IMG/VR virus record: IMGVR_UViG_3300028591_000073
Location: 32,001 to 96,000 of that record
Source of the DNA: a virus
Taxonomy: Duplodnaviria; Caudoviricetes
Reading direction: 5' to 3' (one strand)
Length of the DNA stretch: 64,000 bases
Shown here piece by piece: positions 1 to 9,172 of this stretch. A program made the translations under genes and the position numbers. Below the pieces are notes generated by a model, which did no database searches, was not told where the DNA came from, and saw only the letters and a program-made list of their open reading frames with translations. Every line of letters begins with the position of its first letter. Within the stretch, counting starts at the first letter, position 1.

Positions 1-1
1 A

Positions 2-340
2 GAGTTTGGTGCAATGTTGGCGAAACCGAAGAAATTGAAACCGATTCCTCGTGAAGTAGTTGCCTATATTATCACACAGAAAAATGCAATTCGTGATGCA
101 AATGACCAATCTATGATTGCTGGATATTGTTGTTCTAAACTGGAATTGGTTGATTTCTATTTAAACTGCTTGGACACACATGACTATCGATACATTGTGC
201 CACACAATCGTCAATATCTGGTACAAATGCAAAATGATCTCAATCGATGTCTCCAAGAAATTCTTCGTATGAGACCGGTTAATCGTACAGATCGTATGTG
301 GCAAGTTGGCGTAAATTATCCTGAAGGATGGAGGGGTTGA
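2..340 (+). CDS. Virion/head-associated protein, C-terminal part (gene starts before the window)
   Basis: Frame is open from the window edge and ends YPEGWRG-TGA. It lies directly upstream of the structural cluster. Function is inferred from context. Confidence 0.5.
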   Translation, partial: EFGAMLAKPKKLKPIPREVVAYIITQKNAIRDANDQSMIAGYCCSKLELVDFYLNCLDTHDYRYIVPHNRQYLVQMQNDLNRCLQEILRMRPVNRTDRMWQVGVNYPEGWRG

Positions 341-342
341 GT

Positions 343-900
343 ATGGAAGATACATTAGCTGTACAAGATTATGTATTGAAGAACCGTGATTTGTTTACTG
401 CGGTACAAGATTCCTCCCATCGTAATCAGGGTAATTCGAGAATCGGTGAACACACCATATTGAATTACACAAAAATTCTGGATGAGATGATTAAGTATCT
501 CAAAGGATATCGTGAATACAAAAGCTCGGGTGAGAAGACATATAAACACAAAGTATTGGAATCCACCTATACATTTTACAACAAGATGTTTGAGAGTGAT
601 AAGTATCGTAAGAAAATCACAATATCTGAATTTCCAGATTTGAATTATAAATTCATCGAACGTTCCAAAGAACTAAATGCTTTTATTCGTGCGATGAAAA
701 AAAGTGTGGATAATGAAACATTAAATGTCGCAAGAGTGACGGAAAAACAGTATAAGAAATTGGCAAAGGTGAATCATGATGATATGCTAATCTACATGTG
801 GTTGACCACAAATCAATCCATTTCGTCAGAACTTCGCGTATATTATAATGACCCAACCACACCAGTGATGCATAAAGCAAATTCAAAATATAATAGATAA
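343..900 (+). CDS. Hypothetical protein
   Basis: ATG at 343 preceded by GGAGGGG. The ORF fills the gap between its neighbours. Confidence 0.75.
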   Translation: MEDTLAVQDYVLKNRDLFTAVQDSSHRNQGNSRIGEHTILNYTKILDEMIKYLKGYREYKSSGEKTYKHKVLESTYTFYNKMFESDKYRKKITISEFPDLNYKFIERSKELNAFIRAMKKSVDNETLNVARVTEKQYKKLAKVNHDDMLIYMWLTTNQSISSELRVYYNDPTTPVMHKANSKYNR

Positions 901-914
901 GGAGACTGATTATC

Positions 915-2495
915 ATGACACAAACAATGTTTGATATTATTAATGAATATGCAGTATCTGCTGAATTGGATGCAGCTTATGATTTAATGAATGATTGTAT
1001 TAAGAATTCTACAATTTTGGAGCAATATGATTTCGATGAATCTATGATTCCTGAGGAGTTCTTAATGGAAGCTGCTACAACAAATAATGGTCCCGGATTT
1101 GGGACAAGAGTGAGAGCTCGTATGTATGAACATCGTGTAAAAACAGACCGTGCAATTGATCAAGCGAATGATAGACTTGCAAGACGTCCTGGTGAAAAAA
1201 TGTTGACAAGATTCCTGCTATTCTTACCTCGTCTGATTATGGCGATTATCAATTTCTTTAGATGGTTGATTCGCAGATTGACTCGTCGTAGAAATACTGT
1301 ACACACTGCTGCAAAAGCTGTAGCTGGAGCAAATACTGCAACTAAAAATAAAATTAATACTTCCTGGAATACTACGACATTCACCGTAAACATTCGCTCT
1401 GGTAGTACATTGTCATCTGCGACAAAAGCCGCACTCAGCAGTGGTCATCAGCTTCCTGGACCAACACCAAAAGCTGGAAGTACATTTGTCGTTGGTAATA
1501 AAAATGGAAGACCTGCGTCTGTAGGCCATCAGCTTCCGGGTGGTGCAAAACAAGGAAGCAATAATGGATCAAATCCATCTGGTGGTGCTGGTAGCGGAAG
1601 TCGTGCAACAACGGGTCGTCAGCTTCCGGGTGGAGGCACTAGTTCAAATAAAGGTAACGGTCAGCCTCCGGCAAATGTTTCATCAGGTAATTTTGAAAGC
1701 TGGGCAAACCAGGCCAAGTCTACTGATGGACTTAAGAAAGAAAAGACAGTAAAAGAAGTCGTTGATGAAAAATTCACAAAGACTGCTGTTGATGCAGCTG
1801 TTACTGGTAAATTCAGAGGTCTCCCAATTCTTAATAAGAAATTTGTTTCTGCATTAAATAATGCAAGCAAAGCACTTGACGATTTGAATGACTGGTGTGG
1901 CAGACTTGATAGAGCTGATAATAAGGTTACTTCAGGCGGTGGTCACATCAATGATCATGGTGATAAATACACAATCGGATTTAATCAAGCACAGGGATGG
2001 GCACGTTCCTTAGAGACAAAGTCTAATAAACTTCGTGAGTGCTATAATAAAATGGTAGAAACCATTAAGAGTGAAGATCATACAAGCTTTACAGGTCAAC
2101 AACTGACTGAAGCATATGATGCAATTTCCGATACATTGAACCATATGAATGATACACTCACAAATCTTCAGCATGAAGTAAGTGGTTCTGGAAGTTCTCA
2201 GCTTGCAAAAATTGTAAAGGCATTGCAGAAGAAAGATGCTGAAATTGATCCTCGTGCACAAGGTGCATATATGAGTGGTGTGAAAGCATTGGCTGAAGCA
2301 ATGACAAAAATGAAAGAAGCAGTTGCTATGACATCTGAAGGTCTGGATTACACTGTTCATTGTTGCGAACTCATTATTGAAATGATCAAACAGGCTGGTG
2401 GTAATGTCGAAAACCCAAGAACAGTTGGATTCTCCACTGCGGTAAGAAATGAACGTGGTCAACTCAACGACAGTGAAAAGATGCCGGAAGACTGA
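915..2495 (+). CDS. Putative inner-head virion protein (paralog family)
   Basis: RBS AAGGAG. Acidic N-terminal propeptide-like segment ending FLME, an amphipathic helix, and a Gly/Ser-rich linker with G(H/R)QLPG x3. Confidence 0.6.
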   Translation: MTQTMFDIINEYAVSAELDAAYDLMNDCIKNSTILEQYDFDESMIPEEFLMEAATTNNGPGFGTRVRARMYEHRVKTDRAIDQANDRLARRPGEKMLTRFLLFLPRLIMAIINFFRWLIRRLTRRRNTVHTAAKAVAGANTATKNKINTSWNTTTFTVNIRSGSTLSSATKAALSSGHQLPGPTPKAGSTFVVGNKNGRPASVGHQLPGGAKQGSNNGSNPSGGAGSGSRATTGRQLPGGGTSSNKGNGQPPANVSSGNFESWANQAKSTDGLKKEKTVKEVVDEKFTKTAVDAAVTGKFRGLPILNKKFVSALNNASKALDDLNDWCGRLDRADNKVTSGGGHINDHGDKYTIGFNQAQGWARSLETKSNKLRECYNKMVETIKSEDHTSFTGQQLTEAYDAISDTLNHMNDTLTNLQHEVSGSGSSQLAKIVKALQKKDAEIDPRAQGAYMSGVKALAEAMTKMKEAVAMTSEGLDYTVHCCELIIEMIKQAGGNVENPRTVGFSTAVRNERGQLNDSEKMPED

Positions 2496-2511
2496 TTAAG
2501 GAGGTATTAAT

Positions 2512-3996
2512 ATGACCGATTTTATGATGAGAGAACTGGAATTAGAAAAATATTCCAGTGAATTTGATACATGTATTGCAATTCTTGAATATGCCCAAAA
2601 ATGTAATCTTCTAGAATCTTATTATTCTGAAGGATTATCTCCCATATCTCCAGCTCCCGCTGGTTCACAACCACCAGCTGGTGGTGGAGCAGGTGCCCCC
2701 GCACCAGCACCAGCTGCAGCACCGGCTCCGAATCCAAATGCTCCAGGAAATATTAAACCAACTTCTGGAAACACCATTCCGAGTCCACAGGCTGGTGCTA
2801 CAGGTGCCGGTGCGACATCTGCTCAAACAAAAGTAATGAAACCCTCAGGTGGTAATCCAACACAGAAAAGGAACATTTTCCAAAGAATCTTTGATGCAAT
2901 TATTGGAGTCTTCAAAAAGGTTGGTGAATTTTTCACTGGTAAACAAACAGAGGGAATTGTTGATGAGGCAACACAAGTTGTTGAAAAAGCCAGATCCAGT
3001 GGTATGTCTGAAGATGAATTCATTTCTCAAATGATGACAAATTGGCAGAATAAATCCGGTGGTATGTTCAAAGGACCGATGGATGATTCAACAAGTGGTT
3101 CACAATCTTCAAAACCAACAAATGTAGATACTGGTAAATTGGAGGAATTCTATCGAATCTGGTTCAGAGAAGGAAACATTCCCACCCACATGTCAAAAGA
3201 CAGTGTAAATGCGATGCAAGCTTTGACTGATTTGATTAATCAGATTGCAACAAAGTTAAAGGGATATACAGCACAACAGATTACCGCAGAAGGAAATGGT
3301 ATGATTCAACAATTGAATCAGAGCTCAGAAGTTTTGATGAAAGCATTGAATCAAAATGTACAATCCCCTCCTTCTGTTTGGAAAGCTTATTTCTTTAAGG
3401 CTGGAAGTATGTGCAGAAAAATGAACGATGCATTTTCCAACTTACAGAAGACAATGAATCAATTATATGCTGATCCAGAAAAAGGTCCAGCAGTCGATCA
3501 GGCATTTGGTCAAATGACAGGTCCGATGAAAGCTGTTATGAATGCGGCAAAAATTGTGAATCAAGAAGTGCAAGCAATTCAATTAACTGCTGCTGATGCA
3601 AATTATGCAAAACATAAAGGTGCTGAAGGACAGAGATTGTTTGGCACAAGTGACCATGTGATGTCCAAGGGTAAACAAGACACGATCAAAGCTGGTCAAC
3701 AGAGTTATGAAGAAAAACTTCGCGCATCTGGCGATTACAGTGAGAAAGAAATTCAGCGACTTGTTAAGATGGCAGGTAAAGAATTTGGTAAAGAATATAG
3801 CAACAAATTTGATCAAGCACATGATGAAGCGACTGCTTATTATGACATCAGAAATGGTAAACGTCGTAAAGCTGATCGTAAGGAAAAACAAGCAGCAGAC
3901 TTGGAAGAAAAAGCAAGAAAAGCGCAAGAAGCTGCAGATAGAGCAAAGGCTAAAGCCGATGCATTATCTGCAAGAAAAGCTGCAAAACGTGGTTAA
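2512..3996 (+). CDS. Putative inner-head virion protein (paralog family)
   Basis: RBS AAGGAGG. N-terminal LLE/YSE motifs, Pro/Ala linker, NIFQRIFDAIIGVFKKVGEFF helix, Lys/Ala-rich tail. Confidence 0.6.
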   Translation: MTDFMMRELELEKYSSEFDTCIAILEYAQKCNLLESYYSEGLSPISPAPAGSQPPAGGGAGAPAPAPAAAPAPNPNAPGNIKPTSGNTIPSPQAGATGAGATSAQTKVMKPSGGNPTQKRNIFQRIFDAIIGVFKKVGEFFTGKQTEGIVDEATQVVEKARSSGMSEDEFISQMMTNWQNKSGGMFKGPMDDSTSGSQSSKPTNVDTGKLEEFYRIWFREGNIPTHMSKDSVNAMQALTDLINQIATKLKGYTAQQITAEGNGMIQQLNQSSEVLMKALNQNVQSPPSVWKAYFFKAGSMCRKMNDAFSNLQKTMNQLYADPEKGPAVDQAFGQMTGPMKAVMNAAKIVNQEVQAIQLTAADANYAKHKGAEGQRLFGTSDHVMSKGKQDTIKAGQQSYEEKLRASGDYSEKEIQRLVKMAGKEFGKEYSNKFDQAHDEATAYYDIRNGKRRKADRKEKQAADLEEKARKAQEAADRAKAKADALSARKAAKRG

Positions 3997-4023
3997 TTTT
4001 TCACAATAAAGGTGTGATGTAAT

Positions 4024-4782
4024 ATGAATATCTCCGATGTAACAAATGATATCAAACTCACATTGGGTTTGAATACAATTGCATTACCATATAAAGATTC
4101 CACAGAGAATGTGATCGGAGAAATTTTAAAAGTATCGATCCGGACATTTTCTCAATTTAAACCTTTGATCAAGGAAGGATTTGAAGAAAAGAAGAGACTT
4201 CGTTCTCCGGATGATATTGCAAAGAAGAATTGCATCTATTATGTGCCTGAAGCATTAACAACAACACCAGTGATTTATGCAGACGCCTACGTGGCGTCTG
4301 CTACAAATCAAGATGGAGAGATTTTAACAAATGCTTTTACGGTTGGATCACCGTTTGTCGGATTTGGTTCTTATTATCCACAAGATATTCTAAACGCGAC
4401 ACAAACAGGTGCTGCCATTAATAAATATGCAGGCATTACCCAAACCACTCCAACATCCAAATGGCTGGGCTATAATAAGATACAATTATTCAATTTTCCC
4501 GAAAACATTTTTGTGAAATTTGTGGTAAAATGTGAACATGACTTAACTGGCGAAACGATTCCAGAATCTTGTCGTGAGTCTTTCATGGAACTTGCTGTAT
4601 TAGATGTGCAACGAGTTCTGTATAATCAATTAAAGAATATGAATCAAGTTGGTTCTGCATTTAAAGAAATTAATGTTAAAATTGATGACTGGAGTGGCGC
4701 AGAAGCAGCACGTAAAGAGCTTGTTGATAAATGGACACAGTCTTTCCATTATGACGATCTGGAATTGGTTCAATTCTTCTAA
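4024..4782 (+). CDS. Conserved virion protein, possibly neck/head-completion protein
   Basis: RBS AAGGTG. 252-aa globular ORF within the head cluster, resembling jumbo-phage neck proteins (recognised from memory, not searched). Confidence 0.5.
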   Translation: MNISDVTNDIKLTLGLNTIALPYKDSTENVIGEILKVSIRTFSQFKPLIKEGFEEKKRLRSPDDIAKKNCIYYVPEALTTTPVIYADAYVASATNQDGEILTNAFTVGSPFVGFGSYYPQDILNATQTGAAINKYAGITQTTPTSKWLGYNKIQLFNFPENIFVKFVVKCEHDLTGETIPESCRESFMELAVLDVQRVLYNQLKNMNQVGSAFKEINVKIDDWSGAEAARKELVDKWTQSFHYDDLELVQFF

Positions 4783-4802
4783 TACAGAAAGGGTGAAAGA
4801 AA

Positions 4803-6506
4803 TTGAATCTAAATAATGTAATTTGTGAAATTGATGATGCACAGGTATTTTATGATACAGAATCCCTTCTTCAGTTATGTGAATACTATCAGAAAGAATT
4901 GTCAATGAGAATCTACATGGAGAATATGGGTTACTACATGGAAGATGAAACACCACCTGACAATACATCTACAACTGATAACAAACAGTCAGATGCTGAG
5001 GTTGATGTAGGAAATAGTGCCCCATCTCAGGGTGAACAAAAACAACCACCTGCTCTGGTACAACAACAATCTGGTGATAATAATCAACAACCTGAAACTG
5101 AAGAAAAGCCTGTTGTGTCAAATGATAATAAACCCAACGAAAATGCTGAAAATAATGATAATCAAGAACCAGGATTCTTACAAAAAATCATCGATACTGT
5201 TAAAAAGATTTTTATGTGGATTCCAAATTTGATTACGAAATGTATTGAGAAAATGGTTGACAAAAAACTTGCTGAAAGTAAACAGGAATTTTCAAATATA
5301 GTTGACAATATGTCAGATCAAGAGATTGATACATTGCTACAGAAGATTGAAGCCAAGAAGGGAACGCAAGGCGATGGTCAACCACTGACAACGGATACAC
5401 AAACGCCTGTAGCTGATCAACCATCTTCAACCGTGCCAACTGGAGAAGAAACAAAGGTGGATTATTCCATACATGATTTCCGTTCATTTGATGAAATTTA
5501 TCAAGAACTGGGAACTGCATTCGGTGTTGCTATGGGAGCGAAAGGTGCAAGAACTGCGGCAAGTAATGAAATTGCACGACAAAATGTTATGGCTTCTGCA
5601 ACTGGTCAAAACAATTTGTCAGATGCAGAACTTGCAAAAAGGTCTTCCCTTGGTATGGTAGAAAATAGTGCAAAACAGGTTGCAACGACTGCGGCAAAAG
5701 CTGGTATGGTTGCCGGAGCTACTGCTCTTGGTGGAAGCGGTATCGTGTTAACAGGTGTTGGTTTGCTTGCAGGTATTGGTGCTGGAAAGTTATGGGATTT
5801 TGTTAGTAACAAAATTAAAGATGCTCGTGATAAAGATAAAATCACACATCTTCCAAGATATGAATTGATCGAAAAAGCTTGTCAATCGAGTGACCAAGAA
5901 CTTTCCAAAAAAATACAATTGCTTCAACAAGGTATCCCCAAATCAGATCCAAATGCTCCAAAACCGGATATCAAACAATCATTACAAAATATCTTACAAA
6001 ACTTCACATTGGTTGAAGATAAAGAATCGGAACAAACGATTCGTGTGATGAATTTGTGGTATGAGAAATTTGTGAAGTCATCCGCATTATTTGCAACTCC
6101 ACAACAAACGCAAGTCTCAAACATTACACCGGAAGAAGATCAAGCAATGTCAGAATGTGAACGTTTCGTAAAAGATATGAATGATCAAACCATGAACCCA
6201 TTACTGACCCAATTAAAACAGAAGTCTGAGCAACTTGTCAACTGGTTTAATGATCCAAGCAATCCCATTTTTGGAATGCAGACATCCGCTCGAATCGCAC
6301 AAGGAATTGCACAAAAAGCCCGTGTGGAAATGGGAATACAAGAAGACCAAGAAAGCAAAGGTTTGTTACAAAAGATTCTAGGTGTATTAACCAAGATTGG
6401 TCAAGGAATCATGTCGGTTGTAAATAATATCATAAACATTATTCGTATTGGTGGAGATGTAATACAAACTGTTGTGAATGGTGTCAATTCTGCTAATGCA
6501 ACATAA
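4803..6506 (+). CDS. Putative inner-head virion protein (paralog family)
   Basis: TTG start after GAAAGGGTG. YME motifs, Q/N/E-rich linker, GFLQKIIDTVKKIF helix, central Gly/Ala hydrophobic segment. Confidence 0.6.
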   Translation: MNLNNVICEIDDAQVFYDTESLLQLCEYYQKELSMRIYMENMGYYMEDETPPDNTSTTDNKQSDAEVDVGNSAPSQGEQKQPPALVQQQSGDNNQQPETEEKPVVSNDNKPNENAENNDNQEPGFLQKIIDTVKKIFMWIPNLITKCIEKMVDKKLAESKQEFSNIVDNMSDQEIDTLLQKIEAKKGTQGDGQPLTTDTQTPVADQPSSTVPTGEETKVDYSIHDFRSFDEIYQELGTAFGVAMGAKGARTAASNEIARQNVMASATGQNNLSDAELAKRSSLGMVENSAKQVATTAAKAGMVAGATALGGSGIVLTGVGLLAGIGAGKLWDFVSNKIKDARDKDKITHLPRYELIEKACQSSDQELSKKIQLLQQGIPKSDPNAPKPDIKQSLQNILQNFTLVEDKESEQTIRVMNLWYEKFVKSSALFATPQQTQVSNITPEEDQAMSECERFVKDMNDQTMNPLLTQLKQKSEQLVNWFNDPSNPIFGMQTSARIAQGIAQKARVEMGIQEDQESKGLLQKILGVLTKIGQGIMSVVNNIINIIRIGGDVIQTVVNGVNSANAT

Positions 6507-6517
6507 TATGATCGAAG

Positions 6518-9097
6518 GTGAGAAATGTGATATATAAAGAGGATATAGAACTCCAGACTTTTTACACGGAGATGGATGTTCTTGAAAAATTGATTATGTT
6601 TTATGATAAACAAATCACAATGGAATCGTATCTATTTGAAAATGGATGTGAAGTGGATCCATATCATGATGCATTTATTTTTAAAGAAGATGGCGAAACT
6701 CAGCCAAATCCGACACCGCAACAGCCTGAACCAAAGCCACAGCAACCCCAACCTCAGCCACAACCAGACACTTCTTCTGCAAATAGTGCACCTGATGCAT
6801 CTGCTGAACAAAAACAACCACCTGCTGTGGTACAACAACCCGATGCCAATAATGCACTAAAACAAGATGTAAAGCAGCCTAATGCTGGAGAAAATCAACA
6901 GCCGCAAAATCAGCAACCTACCCCAGGTGAGAGACAAGCTGAAGCCGAAAATCAACAACAGCAACAAGAACAGAATGGTGAGGTTCCAAAAACGAATTGG
7001 CAGAAATTCGTTGATTTTGTAAAAAAATTGATTCATGATATTGCACAAGGAATTTCCAAATTAATGGGAAGGATTATGGATAAAACATCCGTTGCAATTG
7101 AGCAAAAGAATGAAGCTGCGATTGAAAAGGCTGGTGATGAACATCCAGATTTGATTGAGGGATTGGAAGCATTTGCAAATGAAAGTGCGAATTCCAATAG
7201 TACACCAACAGTTCAGCAAGCGGCATTTATAAAATATGCAGAACCAAATGAGATGGTCATGCAAGAGTCAGGTGACGAAGTTGTCCAAGAAGGTGTATTA
7301 GATGCCGCCAAATTTATTGTCGAAAAGATTACTGAAAAGCACATGGGAGTTATTCCCATTCCGGATACAGGAAAGGGATTCATCGGATTGATGGAGTCAC
7401 TAAGTGTGTTAAATGTCAGCAATCTTGGTGATTATGTGATGGATGGTACGAGAAACATGGATAATGAAGTTGGTGCAAAAGGCAGTTTCGCTTATGCGAC
7501 AACGAATATCAGATGGCTTGACATTATGAAGAATCTAAAGATGCATGGTGCTGAAATTGATAATCTCGGTCAATTTATCCAAGAATTATCAAAAACAAAA
7601 GATGGTACATCTACAATTCCTATGGATCAGATATTTGTGATCGGGCCACCATTAACGCTTTTTGGTCTCCCGATACCTGAACCAATTCAAAAGGTATTTG
7701 CAGGCATGTCTGATTTACTTGGTGGAAAAATTCCTGGAACAAGTGCAGTTACATCATTGCCATGGCTATGGATTATTTTGGATCTTATTACAAAAACATA
7801 TCGTAGAATGAAAGAGCCGAGCAATAATGATAATGCAGCGACAGCTGTTGTTAATGTTTGTACAAGATCATTGAAGAACATTGCTGATGTATTTTGTTCT
7901 GCAGCAGAAGCTTGTAATACCGTAATTGATCAAGCAATACAGGTAAATGGTTCTAAAGATATAGAAGAAGCAGAAAATGCTTTAAACAATCTGGACAACT
8001 TTTTCCGTGGAATGGATCAAAATGGTGAAAATACCAATCCGACAAACACGCTAATGCACGTGCTACAAACGAAAGTGTACGCTGGTGTTAACGAAAATCG
8101 ATTGTTGGGAAATTTACAAATGATAGTCAATAAAATCGATGATGCATTTTCTAAACCGGATACATTTGCAAGTAACATGGTTGATCTATTGTCAGGAACT
8201 CAGAATCTTGGAACTGTAGAGAGAACCACACAAGGTGGATTGGATTTCTCCGGTGGATTGGATTTCTCCGGTGGTGTGATGAAAACTTTAACAAATGAGA
8301 ATGGTGAGAAGATTGGTTTAAAAATTAATTCTGACAAAAAAGCAGGCGTTAAGTTAGAACAAAGACATAGTATGTGGACACGATTGGCAGTTGGATTTAT
8401 TGGCAAATCTAAACTTCTGATACCAATGATGATAGGTCTAAATACACTAACAATATGGTGCACATCCTTTGTCTCCAATGTTTTAAATGGCTTTATTCAG
8501 TCTTGGGAAGCATTTGTATCTGAAACTCGCGGTGATAAAGTAGAAATGAAACTTGTTCAGAATCAGATGGGTGAAGAAGTTCCAGTTGAAATGACACCTG
8601 AGGAGAAACAAATGATGGATAATTGGAGAGCGGATCCTAATAAAAACAAGGGTAAAGAACCACCAATCAAAACAACATTTGTTACAGTCGGAGCTGGTCA
8701 GAAGAGTACTAAGGATGCATTCAAAGACATGATGTCAAATACAGCCCAAGGTGTCCAGAATGCACGAGATGAATTAAATCAGAGAGTTAATCAAGATGAA
8801 AGTAATTTCAGAGCAAATATGGCAACGATGAAAATTGCACAAGCTGACAATGGAAATGGTCTTGTGCAACAAGATGCTGGGCAAAGATTCCGAGACACAG
8901 GTCAATATCTTAGCTCTAACGCTGGCTCTGATCTTACATCCGATATTAATCAAACAGCACAAAATATCGGTTCTCAGATTAAAACAAAAATCGACCAAGG
9001 ATTTGATCAAGAAAATAAAGCACGTGTTGATCGAATGCGGCATTCAAATGATGGCACATACGGCTTCAATATGCCATTTAACGTTCCAACTTATTAA
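6518..9097 (+). CDS. Putative inner-head virion protein (paralog family); start may be GTG at 6527
   Basis: TME/FKE/MQE/VQE motifs, PQ-rich linker, NWQKFVDFVKKLI helix. Shares EQKQPPAxVQQ with the preceding gene. Confidence 0.6.
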   Translation: MRNVIYKEDIELQTFYTEMDVLEKLIMFYDKQITMESYLFENGCEVDPYHDAFIFKEDGETQPNPTPQQPEPKPQQPQPQPQPDTSSANSAPDASAEQKQPPAVVQQPDANNALKQDVKQPNAGENQQPQNQQPTPGERQAEAENQQQQQEQNGEVPKTNWQKFVDFVKKLIHDIAQGISKLMGRIMDKTSVAIEQKNEAAIEKAGDEHPDLIEGLEAFANESANSNSTPTVQQAAFIKYAEPNEMVMQESGDEVVQEGVLDAAKFIVEKITEKHMGVIPIPDTGKGFIGLMESLSVLNVSNLGDYVMDGTRNMDNEVGAKGSFAYATTNIRWLDIMKNLKMHGAEIDNLGQFIQELSKTKDGTSTIPMDQIFVIGPPLTLFGLPIPEPIQKVFAGMSDLLGGKIPGTSAVTSLPWLWIILDLITKTYRRMKEPSNNDNAATAVVNVCTRSLKNIADVFCSAAEACNTVIDQAIQVNGSKDIEEAENALNNLDNFFRGMDQNGENTNPTNTLMHVLQTKVYAGVNENRLLGNLQMIVNKIDDAFSKPDTFASNMVDLLSGTQNLGTVERTTQGGLDFSGGLDFSGGVMKTLTNENGEKIGLKINSDKKAGVKLEQRHSMWTRLAVGFIGKSKLLIPMMIGLNTLTIWCTSFVSNVLNGFIQSWEAFVSETRGDKVEMKLVQNQMGEEVPVEMTPEEKQMMDNWRADPNKNKGKEPPIKTTFVTVGAGQKSTKDAFKDMMSNTAQGVQNARDELNQRVNQDESNFRANMATMKIAQADNGNGLVQQDAGQRFRDTGQYLSSNAGSDLTSDINQTAQNIGSQIKTKIDQGFDQENKARVDRMRHSNDGTYGFNMPFNVPTY

Positions 9098-9108
9098 TGA
9101 TAATCGTC

Positions 9109-9133
9109 ATACAGCGGGCATTGCCCGCTGTAT
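9109..9133. terminator. GC-rich inverted repeat (terminator-like)
   Basis: ATACAGCGGGCA-T-TGCCCGCTGTAT just after the stop codon. Confidence 0.6.
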
Positions 9134-9172
9134 CTATATTATAAAATATATTAAAGGAGGTGCCGATGATAT

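Noticed and set aside
8234-8274. 18-nt tandem duplication (GGLDFS x2)
   Set aside because: In-frame slippage duplication in a variable region; no sign of further function.
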